Shown: piece after piece, positions 38,472-46,638 of the stretch | Numbering within the stretch: the stretch's first letter is position 1 | How the letters are laid out: every line of letters begins with the position of its first letter | Assembly: GCA_964422865.1 (NCBI GenBank) | Contig: CAYRCU010000004.1 | Span: 1-61,265 of the forward strand | Length of the DNA: 61,265 nt | Source: an uncultured Gammaproteobacteria bacterium | Lineage (GTDB): Bacteria; Patescibacteriota; Microgenomatia; UBA8517 | Direction: 5' to 3' | Position numbers and translations under genes: made by a program | The notes under the pieces: generated by a model | What the model was told of the DNA's origin: nothing | Databases searched by the model: none | Seen by the model: the letters and a program-made list of their open reading frames with translations, nothing else

Positions 38472-39361
38472 TGAGAGGCAACGAAAGAATTGCTCTGAGA
38501 AGGAAATACGGGGTATTTTTGGTTATTTTCCTTTTGGTCTTTTGGGTTTTTAGCAAAAAAACCTTATGGGACGGCCAGAGAAGAGTGACTTTGGTTGTGC
38601 CAATGAGTGACAGCAGTGTCTCGTTGGTTGTGTTTGACCCTTCGGATTTTTTAATAACAGTTATAAGTATTCCTTCCAATACAAGGATCGCAGTTCCTTA
38701 TGGGATGGGGGAGTGGCCCTTGCGGAGTGTATGGGAGTTGGGGGAACAGGAGGGTTATGGGGGAGAGTTTTTGATGAATGGGGTGATGAAGACTTTTAGG
38801 TTGCCTGTTGATTTTTGGGTAAGTCGGGAAGGGGAAGGCTTTGCCACCGGAAAGGTGAGATCTGTCTTGCAAGCGGTACTTGTGCCGTACGGGACTAATA
38901 TGACATACAAAGAAAAAATATTGCTTGGCATTTTTTCTTTGAGGGTGAGTGATAGCTCAAGAGTGATGATTGATTTAAGGGAGACGGGGGGAATAGAGAA
39001 GGTGTCGGTAGGTGGAGAGGAAGCTTATTTGGTGCGAGAAAGTGTCCCGGGTAAGTTGGTTAGGCTTTTTTCTTTGAGGAACGTATTAAATGAGGGGGCT
39101 TTGGTTGGACTTGTTGATGCCTCCGATGGGGGTGTTGAACGTGGGGTTCTGGCGGATTTGATTGAGCACGTGGGTGCGAAGGTTGTTTCTGTAGATAGTG
39201 TGGAATTGCAGGAGGATTTGGATTGTATCGTAAGATTCAGAAAGAAGATAACTTCAATGGAGCTCGCCAGGCTTTTTTCGTGTGAATTGAGGGACGGAGA
39301 ACCTGAGGGAAATGTGGATGTAGAACTTCAGTTTGGAGGTAAGTTTAAGGCTCGCTGGTGA
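38468..39361 (+). CDS. LytR-CpsA-Psr (LCP)-like membrane protein
   Basis: N-terminal TM; ITVISIPSNTRIAVP resembles LCP SIPRD.V; LytR_C-like C-terminus. Confidence 0.55.
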   Translation: MMRGNERIALRRKYGVFLVIFLLVFWVFSKKTLWDGQRRVTLVVPMSDSSVSLVVFDPSDFLITVISIPSNTRIAVPYGMGEWPLRSVWELGEQEGYGGEFLMNGVMKTFRLPVDFWVSREGEGFATGKVRSVLQAVLVPYGTNMTYKEKILLGIFSLRVSDSSRVMIDLRETGGIEKVSVGGEEAYLVRESVPGKLVRLFSLRNVLNEGALVGLVDASDGGVERGVLADLIEHVGAKVVSVDSVELQEDLDCIVRFRKKITSMELARLFSCELRDGEPEGNVDVELQFGGKFKARW

Positions 39362-39914
39362 CTTTTAGAAATACCTCCACCTTGCTTTTGGATGAACATT
39401 TTATGAAGCCTTTTAACCCTTTTCCGCTTTTTGTCAGTGTAATTAGGTTTGCTGCGACATTGTCGGGAATTCTTCCTATATGTTTTCCGTCTGAGTTTGT
39501 GATTGATGCTTTGTGTTTGCCGAGTTTTAGATTAATGGGCTCACCGATACAAAGGGAAAGCAGGATTTTTGCGTCTCCTAGGTGAATGAGTTTTATGGTT
39601 TTGGTTCTTCCCGGTTCTTCAATGAAGGAGATTGTTTTTGGTGGGTTATTGACCGGAGTGATTCTCGTTGTGCTGGAGTACTTCTCCAAACACTTAAAGG
39701 CAATTTGATTTAAAGGGTCGATTTTTATTGCTTTTTTTGCCAAAAGCACGGCTTTTTTTTGGTTTCCTGTCTCATGATATGCTCGTGAGAGTCTGTTGAT
39801 GGCATCTATGTCTTTAGGTTTCTTTTTGAGAATTTTTAGGTTTGTTGTAATTGCTTCTTTCCAGTTTCCTGAAAGGGCTTGGTCAATTGCTTTGCGGGAC
39901 AGGTTGTTGGCCAT
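39345..39914 (-). CDS. TPR protein with C-terminal HIRAN-like domain
   Basis: WKEAI..N..IL...P.DIDA.NRL.RAY TPR; G.HIG.IP..VA..L HIRAN-like; TTGACA-16-TATACT upstream of ATG 39914. Confidence 0.75.
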   Translation of the reverse strand: MANNLSRKAIDQALSGNWKEAITTNLKILKKKPKDIDAINRLSRAYHETGNQKKAVLLAKKAIKIDPLNQIAFKCLEKYSSTTRITPVNNPPKTISFIEEPGRTKTIKLIHLGDAKILLSLCIGEPINLKLGKHKASITNSDGKHIGRIPDNVAANLITLTKSGKGLKGFIKCSSKSKVEVFLKVTSEP

Positions 39915-39972
39915 TTTTAATGAGTATAGATTGGGGGAGAGTGTTGTCAAGGGTGTTTGGTATAATATACGT

Positions 39973-40683
39973 ATGAGTGGACACAGTAAATGGTCGACAA
40001 TAAGGCGGAAGAAGGAAGTAAAGGACATTTCCAGAGGAAAGGTTTTTTCGAAGCTTTCCAAGGCGATCTTTGTTGCGGTAAGAACAGGTGGAGGGGCTGA
40101 TGTCAGTTCTAACTATAAGCTTCGTGTGGCGATTGATGCTGCGAGGGCCGCGAATATGCCAAAGGAAAATATTGAAAGGGCAATTTCTAAGGGAAGTGGA
40201 GCGGGGGAGCATATTGAAGAGGTGGTATATGAGGGATTTGGCCCTGGGAAAGTGGGGATCTTAGTTGAGACAGCTACTGATAACAGGAACAGAACGGCGC
40301 AAGAAATGAAGGGGCTTTTTGAAAAGATGGGGGGGAGCCTTGGAGGGCCGGGATCCGTGATTCATAATTTTGAGAGCAAGGGATATATATTAGTGGAGCC
40401 CGTGGGAGACGTGGATGAAGATATACTGGCACTTATTGATCTTGGAGTGGAAGATGTCTCGAGTGAGAATGGAAACATAGTCGTATGGGTTCCCGCTGAG
40501 GATTTGAATAAGTTTGTTGGGAAGATTGAGAGTGTTGGATTTAGGGTGAAAGAGACGCAACTGGTTAAGAGACCATTGGCTAAGATTTCTTTAAGTGAGA
40601 AAGATGAAGAGAGATTGATGAAGATAGTTTCAAACTTAAGAGAACACGACGACGTTCAGAGAGTTTTTCACAATGCTCAGTAA
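39973..40683 (+). CDS. yebC: YebC/PmpR/TACO1-family protein
   Basis: MSGHSKW, NMPKENIERAI, YEGFGPG, TDNRNRT, DDVQRVFHN. Confidence 0.96.
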   Translation: MSGHSKWSTIRRKKEVKDISRGKVFSKLSKAIFVAVRTGGGADVSSNYKLRVAIDAARAANMPKENIERAISKGSGAGEHIEEVVYEGFGPGKVGILVETATDNRNRTAQEMKGLFEKMGGSLGGPGSVIHNFESKGYILVEPVGDVDEDILALIDLGVEDVSSENGNIVVWVPAEDLNKFVGKIESVGFRVKETQLVKRPLAKISLSEKDEERLMKIVSNLREHDDVQRVFHNAQ

Positions 40684-41446
40684 AAGAGTCAGATTTATTA
40701 TTTCTTCGGTGTTTTTGAGTCTTGGTTTTATTGGGATTGGTTTTTTGGAGGATCGGTTGAGAATGATTGGAATAGTTGTATTGAGTTTTGGGACTTTGCT
40801 TTTTTCTGTTTGGTCTTTATGGGAGGGATTAGGGTTTAATGCTACTCTTTTGGCCTTGATTTTGCCGATTTCCTTTACATTGGGGGTAGGATTGTTTTGG
40901 TTTCTTTTGCCTTCAAGCCTTTTGGCTCGGCTTCCCGTGGTCTTGGTGTATGGGGTGGGAACGTATGCATTGGGTTCTACGATGAACATTTTTACGGTTT
41001 CTGCTGTTCGAAACATTGCACTTGTGCGGGCCGCTAAGGGGGTTGGTTTTGTGGCCACTTTGTTTGTGATGTTTCTTCTTTTTGATGCTATTCTTTCTTT
41101 GAGAACTTCCGTATCGATTCTTTTTGGATTAGTGTTTATTGTATCTTTTCCTTTGCTTTTGCAAGGACTTTGGATGAGCAAGTTGAGTTTGAAATTGTCC
41201 GGGGATGTTTTGATATTTTCTCTGGTTTTTTCTTATAGCTTGAGTCTTTTGTCCGTTGTTATGTATTTTTGGCCGGTGAGTGTGGTTGTGGGAAGTTTGT
41301 TTTTGACGGTTGGGGCATATGAGTTGTTGGGTTTAGGTCAGGTTGAGCTTGAAGGGAGGCTTTTTAAACGGACAGTGAGAGAATATTTGACGGTTGGTGT
41401 GATGGTTTTTCTGTCGATGCTTTTTGCAACCAGCTGGCGGGGCTAG
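40673..41446 (+). CDS. Multi-pass membrane protein of unknown function
   Basis: About 9 TMs; overlaps yebC stop. Confidence 0.8.
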   Translation: MLSKRVRFIISSVFLSLGFIGIGFLEDRLRMIGIVVLSFGTLLFSVWSLWEGLGFNATLLALILPISFTLGVGLFWFLLPSSLLARLPVVLVYGVGTYALGSTMNIFTVSAVRNIALVRAAKGVGFVATLFVMFLLFDAILSLRTSVSILFGLVFIVSFPLLLQGLWMSKLSLKLSGDVLIFSLVFSYSLSLLSVVMYFWPVSVVVGSLFLTVGAYELLGLGQVELEGRLFKRTVREYLTVGVMVFLSMLFATSWRG

Positions 41447-41490
41447 ATTTTTTTTATGGACAGGTCAAGGTGGGGGAGAGAGGTGGCGCT

Positions 41491-41514
41491 ACATCCTATA
41501 ATGTTATAGGATGT
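41491..41514. repeat. Perfect palindrome ACATCCTATAA-TG-TTATAGGATGT
   Basis: 11 bp arms, 2 bp centre, followed by TTT; terminator or protein-binding site. Confidence 0.85.
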
Positions 41515-41591
41515 TTTAACAGGATTGTTTTCATGATTTCACAAAATGTTTTCACGGTTTGTAATGGTTTGATATAGTTGCTGATCTGTAG

Positions 41592-41600
41592 TGTGGATAA
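41592..41600 (-). promoter_or_regulatory. Consensus DnaA box
   Basis: TGTGGATAA = reverse complement of TTATCCACA, intergenic. Confidence 0.4.
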
Positions 41601-41718
41601 CTTTAGTGTAGTGTTTTTTCCAATTGTTTTATATTTCTACTTAACTAACTACAAATGACGGTGGTGTTATTGGTGTTTGTTTTGGTTGTATTCTCCGGAA
41701 TGAGCGTGTCTTGGTATA

Positions 41719-41746
41719 TTGTCGTACAATATAACTTTTACGACGT
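41719..41746. other. dif-like tyrosine-recombinase site (11-6-11)
   Basis: TTGTCGTACAA-TATAAC-TTTTACGACGT; inner 9 bp of arms inverted with 1 mismatch; 0.5 kb upstream of the Xer gene. Confidence 0.55.
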
Positions 41747-42198
41747 AAAGCAAAATGGTTGGAGTGGAGAGGTGTTAATTATGAATTGTATATGGAACTG
41801 GGATCTGGATATACTTTTATAAGTATAGGAAAGTGGCTAAATACTACATTTTTAAAGTTGTCTACCAATTTCATTTATCCGAACAAAGGCCGAAGAAAAA
41901 TATTGTTGTTTACACGGCAGGTGCGTGAAAACCCCGTATTATTGGGGCGAATTCAAACAACCATTTTTATGTGAGATGATATATACGTTGTCTTTTTGTC
42001 TAGAGTGCCTTTAGAATTGATTTGGTGAAGGGCTTTATTGTGTATAAAACGGCACTCCGGCTTTTTGGTATCTAAATTGGAAAATTAATAATGAATATCC
42101 AAGGTTGCACCGGATCAGAGTTCATGGTGGTTATAGAGACATGAGTCATACTATGGATTTTTTGTTGTGCAGATATGATTTGTTGGTGTCGCACAATG

Positions 42199-42227
42199 TT
42201 GACTCCCCCTCTTTTTTTAGGTAGAGT
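42199..42227 (+). promoter_or_regulatory. Promoter of the Xer recombinase, TTGACT-17-TAGAGT
   Basis: In-frame GTG 7 nt downstream at 42235. Confidence 0.6.
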
Positions 42228-42234
42228 GGAGTTG

Positions 42235-43206
42235 GTGAGACACTCAAAAAATACAGAGTTACCCTCAAAGATTGAAGATTTTTTAGAGTATTTACAAGTT
42301 GAGAAGGGTTCTTCCCCTCTTACGATTCGCAACTACAGACATTATTTGGATAGGTTTTTGGGCTGGATGGAAATGGAGGGAATCAGGCAAAGTGTGAAAG
42401 ATATTAATCCCGAGGTTGTAAGGATGTACAGAGTGTATCTTTCGAACTTGCCGGCTCGTCCGGCAAAAGTGAAAGGAAAAAATTTTTTACCTATATCTTC
42501 GAAAACTCAAGGATATCATGTGATTGCCCTGAGGAGCTTTCTTAAGTGGCTTATTAAAAATGATTATAAAGTAATGAGCCCGGACAAAATTGAGCTTCCA
42601 AGAATAAAAGAACGACAGGTTAGCTTTTTGACCGGAGAGCAAGTTGACAGGATGTTGAATGCTCCGACACTTTCCACTATTTCCGGGAAGCGTGATAAGG
42701 CAATCCTTGAGATGTTTTTTTCAACAGGACTTCGGGTAAGTGAGTTGGTGGGTATTGATCGGGATGATATAGACTTTGACAGACGAGAACTGGGTATTGT
42801 GGGTAAAGGAGGAAGAGCCAGGGTAGTGTTTTTGTCGGCTCGTGCCGCAGATTGGCTTCAAAAATATTTGGATGCAAGACATGATAAGTACTCTCCCCTA
42901 TTTATTCGTCACAGTGGAAGGGTGGGACCTGGTGTGTCGGATGAAAAGATGAGGCTTACTCCCAGGTCGGTTCAGAGAATGGTTAAAAAATATGCCAGAA
43001 AGATGAAGATCCCTGTGGAGGTTACACCACACGTCTTGAGGCATAGTTTTGCTACGGATCTTCTTATGGCGGGGGCTGATATAAGAAGTGTTCAAGAAAT
43101 GCTTGGGCACAAAAATATTGCCACAACTCAGATTTATACTCATGTGACAAATAAACAGTTAAGGGAAGTTCATGAAGCTTTTCATGGAAGAGGTGGAAAA
43201 AAGTGA
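42235..43206 (+). CDS. XerC/XerD-family tyrosine recombinase
   Basis: SAM-like FLEYL..EKG.S..TI.NY; TGLRVSEL, GKG, PHVLRHSFAT, LGH, TTQIY (all catalytic residues present). Confidence 0.95.
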   Translation: MRHSKNTELPSKIEDFLEYLQVEKGSSPLTIRNYRHYLDRFLGWMEMEGIRQSVKDINPEVVRMYRVYLSNLPARPAKVKGKNFLPISSKTQGYHVIALRSFLKWLIKNDYKVMSPDKIELPRIKERQVSFLTGEQVDRMLNAPTLSTISGKRDKAILEMFFSTGLRVSELVGIDRDDIDFDRRELGIVGKGGRARVVFLSARAADWLQKYLDARHDKYSPLFIRHSGRVGPGVSDEKMRLTPRSVQRMVKKYARKMKIPVEVTPHVLRHSFATDLLMAGADIRSVQEMLGHKNIATTQIYTHVTNKQLREVHEAFHGRGGKK

Positions 43207-43210
43207 ATTG

Positions 43211-43234
43211 TCTATTGATATGTATCAATATAGT
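43211..43234. repeat. Palindromic direct repeat, copy 1 (in promoter spacer)
   Basis: TCTATTGATATGTATCAATATAGT; core TATTGATA-TG-TATCAATA sits between TTGTCT (-35, 43208) and TAGTAT (-10, 43231). Confidence 0.9.
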
Positions 43235-43242
43235 ATAAAGGT

Positions 43243-43692
43243 GTGACGCAGATTTCTCGACGAACGCTTGGTCCGAAGGTTTGGGACAGAATATATGACT
43301 TGTTTTTGGAGACTGTTTCGAGTTTCAGTGACAAGAAAAAGTTGGGGCGTTTTCTTGATGATTTTTTGACTCCTACGGAGAAGATTATGCTTTCGAAGCG
43401 ATTAGCTATTGTAGTACTTCTTTCCAAGGGACACGACTACAGATCAGTTTGTGAACTTTTAAAGGTGACTCCTACTACGGTTTCAAAGATGAGTTTGAAA
43501 GTTAGGTATTCGAATGAAGGGATAAAACCTGTTATTGGCGATATTTATAAAAAACAGGCTTTGAAGGTGCTTTGGGAAGAAATGAGGGATGTGTTTGATT
43601 TACCTACTAAGGCAACTTATAAGTCGCCTTCGAGATATAAGAGGATATATTTGCGAAGGAAGAAAGTTCAGAGATTGAAGAGTGAATTTTGA
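43243..43692 (+). CDS. TrpR-like (YerC/YecD) helix-turn-helix protein
   Basis: FLDDFLTPTEKIMLSKRLAI..LL.KG.DYR.V..LLKV...TV TrpR/YerC pattern. Confidence 0.85.
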   Translation: MTQISRRTLGPKVWDRIYDLFLETVSSFSDKKKLGRFLDDFLTPTEKIMLSKRLAIVVLLSKGHDYRSVCELLKVTPTTVSKMSLKVRYSNEGIKPVIGDIYKKQALKVLWEEMRDVFDLPTKATYKSPSRYKRIYLRRKKVQRLKSEF

Positions 43693-43699
43693 ACTTCGC

Positions 43700-43723
43700 T
43701 CTATTGATATGTATCAATAGAGT
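43700..43723. repeat. Palindromic direct repeat, copy 2
   Basis: TCTATTGATATGTATCAATAGAGT; 20 bp identical to copy 1; 11 bp arms (43699-43722) between convergent stops. Confidence 0.9.
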
Positions 43724-43726
43724 GGA

Positions 43727-46333
43727 TTATTTTTTTTCTAGGGTGGTGACTGCGGCAAGGGAGTCGTCTTTTTTGGCAAATCTCATGAGAATTACTCCTT
43801 GGGTACTTCTTCCCATTTGAGGGATGTTTTTGATGGGAAGCTTGATTATTTGCCCTTTGGCGCTTGTGAGGATTGCCTGGTCATCGTTTTGAGTGACCAG
43901 AACTGCTGAGGCGAGAGGGCCTGTTTTGGTGTTTAGAGCCATTGCTTTTACCCCTTTCCCGCCGCGGCGCTGTGTTGGGAAAAGGTCAACTCTTGTTCGT
44001 TTTCCAAGGCCACTCTCGCTGATTGTAAGGATATCTCTGAACAGTTTTTTTCTTTTGTCCTTTGGAACTTTGAGTTTTTCCGAGAAAACTTCCATTCCTA
44101 TTACGCAGTCTTTGGGATCCAGGCGGATTCCTTTCATCCCTTTGGTGGCTCGGCCCATTGGACGTACGTCTTTTTCGCTGAATTTGATTGCTTTTCCATT
44201 TTTTGTGAGAAGCATGACGAGATCGTTACCTGTGGTTGGTTGGATTTTGACCAAAGTGTCCCCTACCCCAAGGCGCATTGCGATCAAGCCGTTTGCTCGG
44301 AGATTTGAAAAATGTCTGAGTGCTGTCTTTTTTACGACGCCCTTATTGGTAACCATCATGAGGTGATTACTCTTCTTTTCCCCCATGGCTACTACCGAGA
44401 GAACTGTTTCTCCCTGATTAAGATTGACAAGATTTACCAAAGCCTGCCCCTTGCTCTGCCTGGCTGTTTCGGGTATTTCCCATACACGGGTTCCAAATAC
44501 TCTGCCTCGATTTGTAAAGAACAGGATTGTGTCGTGGGTGGAGGCTCTAAGGAGGTGTTCGATTTCATCTTCCTCTTTTGTGGTCATACCTATTACTCCC
44601 TTACCCCCTCTTCTTTGGGTTTTGTATGTTCCGACGGGTACTCTTTTGACATAGCCTGTTTTTGTGATAGTGACGAGAGTTTCTTTTTTTGCTATCAAAT
44701 CTTCTTCCGTGAATTCGCCTATTTTTTGTTTGTAGATTCTGGTTCTTCTTTTATCCCCGTGTTTTTCGTCCAGTTTTTTAAGCTCTTTTACGATTATATT
44801 TAAAACTTCTTTAGGATTATTAAGAATTGAAACCAGCCGATCGATAAGACTCATGATCTCTTTGTATTCTTTGTCTATTTTTTCTCTTTCGAGTGCTGCG
44901 AGGCGCCTTAGTTGCATGTCTAGAATTGCTGTTGCTTGAACTTCTGTCAGCCCGAACTTTTTAATAAGATTTTTCTTTGCGTCTTCTTGAGTGCGGGATG
45001 CGCGAATCGTTTTTATGACAGCGTCCAGGTTGTCGAGAGCAATTTTCAAACCTTCCAGAATATGGGCGCGTTTTTTTGCCATTGTGAGATCGAAGATTGT
45101 TCTTCTGACGATTACTTTTTGGCGATGTTTTATGTATTCAACTAGAATTTGTTTTAGATTTACCGTGTGGGGAGTGCCGTTTACCAGAGCTACAAAGTTG
45201 GCCGGGAAAGTGGTTTGGAGCTTGGTGTATTTGAAAAGATTGTTTAAAACGTTTTTCGGGCGAGCTTCGCGCTTCAATTCAATTACAACACTCATTCCCT
45301 TCTTGTCACTTTCATCTCTGAGTGCGGAGATTCCCTTTAACTTTTTGTCTTTAACAAGGAGAGCGATGTGTGACACGAATTTTGCCTTGTTGACTTGATA
45401 GGGCAGCTCCGTGACCTCGATAATGGATTTTCCTCTGGATCCTTCCTTGATTTCTGCTATTCCTCTGACTGATATACGGCCGCGACCGGTTGAGTAGACA
45501 TCCACAAGTGACGGAGTGTCGTAGATGGCTCCTCCGGTGGGAAAATCCGGGGCGGGAATGAACTTTGTGAGCTCTTCTATGGTAATGTCGCTTTCAAAGC
45601 TGGCTTTCGTGGCTGTCTCTTTTTCTGAAAGGTTCTTTTTTTGTTCTCCAGAGGCGATTAAATTTATTTTTTCGATGAAGAACTCCACTTCTTTTTTTTG
45701 GGTTTCTTCTTTGACAACGGGCTTGCCTTTTTTGATGGTTGCGATGATTGCCGCAACGACCTCGGAGAGGTTGTGAGGGGGAATTTTTGTTGCCATTCCG
45801 ACGGCAATTCCTTCGGAGCCCATGAGGAGCAAGTTTGGCAGGAGAGCCGGGAGATATACAGGTTCTTTTAGAGTTGCATCGAAATTGTCTGAATAATCTA
45901 CTGTATCTTTTTCGATATCAACGAGCATGTAAGGTGTGATTGGGGCAAGTTTTGTTTCTGTGTAACGCATGGCAGCTGCCGGATCTCCGTCGATTGATCC
46001 AAAGTTTCCTTGACCATTTACTAAGGGGTAGCGCAGGTTAAAGTCTTGCGCCATTCTGACCATTGCGTCGTAGACTGCGGTGTCTCCATGGGGATGGTAT
46101 TTTCCTAAGACTTCTCCGACGACTTTGGCGCTTTTGGTGAAAGCTGCTTTAGGCTGAAGACCCATCAAGTGCATTGCGTAGAGAATTCTTCTATGGACAG
46201 GCTTTAGGCCGTCACGAATGTCCGGGAGGGCGCGGGCGACTATTACGCTCATGGCGTAATTCAGATAGCTTTTTGAGAGCTCTGTGGTTATATTTGTTTC
46301 TTCAATTTTTCCTGTGTTTGTGTGGTTAGACAT
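43727..46333 (-). CDS. gyrA: DNA gyrase subunit A
   Basis: [23 protein letters not shown], GyrA-box QRRGGKG, C-terminal pinwheel. Confidence 0.97.
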   Translation of the reverse strand: MSNHTNTGKIEETNITTELSKSYLNYAMSVIVARALPDIRDGLKPVHRRILYAMHLMGLQPKAAFTKSAKVVGEVLGKYHPHGDTAVYDAMVRMAQDFNLRYPLVNGQGNFGSIDGDPAAAMRYTETKLAPITPYMLVDIEKDTVDYSDNFDATLKEPVYLPALLPNLLLMGSEGIAVGMATKIPPHNLSEVVAAIIATIKKGKPVVKEETQKKEVEFFIEKINLIASGEQKKNLSEKETATKASFESDITIEELTKFIPAPDFPTGGAIYDTPSLVDVYSTGRGRISVRGIAEIKEGSRGKSIIEVTELPYQVNKAKFVSHIALLVKDKKLKGISALRDESDKKGMSVVIELKREARPKNVLNNLFKYTKLQTTFPANFVALVNGTPHTVNLKQILVEYIKHRQKVIVRRTIFDLTMAKKRAHILEGLKIALDNLDAVIKTIRASRTQEDAKKNLIKKFGLTEVQATAILDMQLRRLAALEREKIDKEYKEIMSLIDRLVSILNNPKEVLNIIVKELKKLDEKHGDKRRTRIYKQKIGEFTEEDLIAKKETLVTITKTGYVKRVPVGTYKTQRRGGKGVIGMTTKEEDEIEHLLRASTHDTILFFTNRGRVFGTRVWEIPETARQSKGQALVNLVNLNQGETVLSVVAMGEKKSNHLMMVTNKGVVKKTALRHFSNLRANGLIAMRLGVGDTLVKIQPTTGNDLVMLLTKNGKAIKFSEKDVRPMGRATKGMKGIRLDPKDCVIGMEVFSEKLKVPKDKRKKLFRDILTISESGLGKRTRVDLFPTQRRGGKGVKAMALNTKTGPLASAVLVTQNDDQAILTSAKGQIIKLPIKNIPQMGRSTQGVILMRFAKKDDSLAAVTTLEKK

Positions 46334-46410
46334 ATCTTAAGAAGGACAAAAAAATCAGGCCTTTTGCCCTGTTCCATTGTACCTTTTTTGAGGCGGAAGA
46401 GCAAGGGTTT

Positions 46411-46638
46411 TTAAGTGTTTTTGAAGACTTGATAGGCTTCAAGCATTATGGTTATGAAAGATGCTATGGCAAGGGAGGATGTCAGTGGAAAATAGATAAA
46501 GTTTCCAATCTTTATGTCGCCCGGAAGTGTGGTATCGATATTGAACTGAGAATTTAAAGCTATCAAGGTGATGAGTGACAAGAAAAATGAAACCCCAAAA
46601 ACCAAACCGTATTTTTTCATAAATTTTTTTCTATTCAT
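46411..46638 (-). CDS. Small membrane protein (DUF2905-like)
   Basis: LPGDI...YFPLTSSL motif between two TMs. Confidence 0.7.
   Translation of the reverse strand: MNRKKFMKKYGLVFGVSFFLSLITLIALNSQFNIDTTLPGDIKIGNFIYFPLTSSLAIASFITIMLEAYQVFKNT

Noticed and set aside
41759-41974. 71 aa ORF upstream of xer
   Set aside because: No recognisable motif or start signal; at most a decayed fragment.
41447-42234. oriC
   Set aside because: Only one perfect DnaA box, no dnaA/dnaN nearby and no skew inversion.
42235-43206. Integron integrase or prophage integrase
   Set aside because: It looks like chromosomal XerC/D; I see no IntI-specific insertion, no attC-type cassettes and no phage genes.
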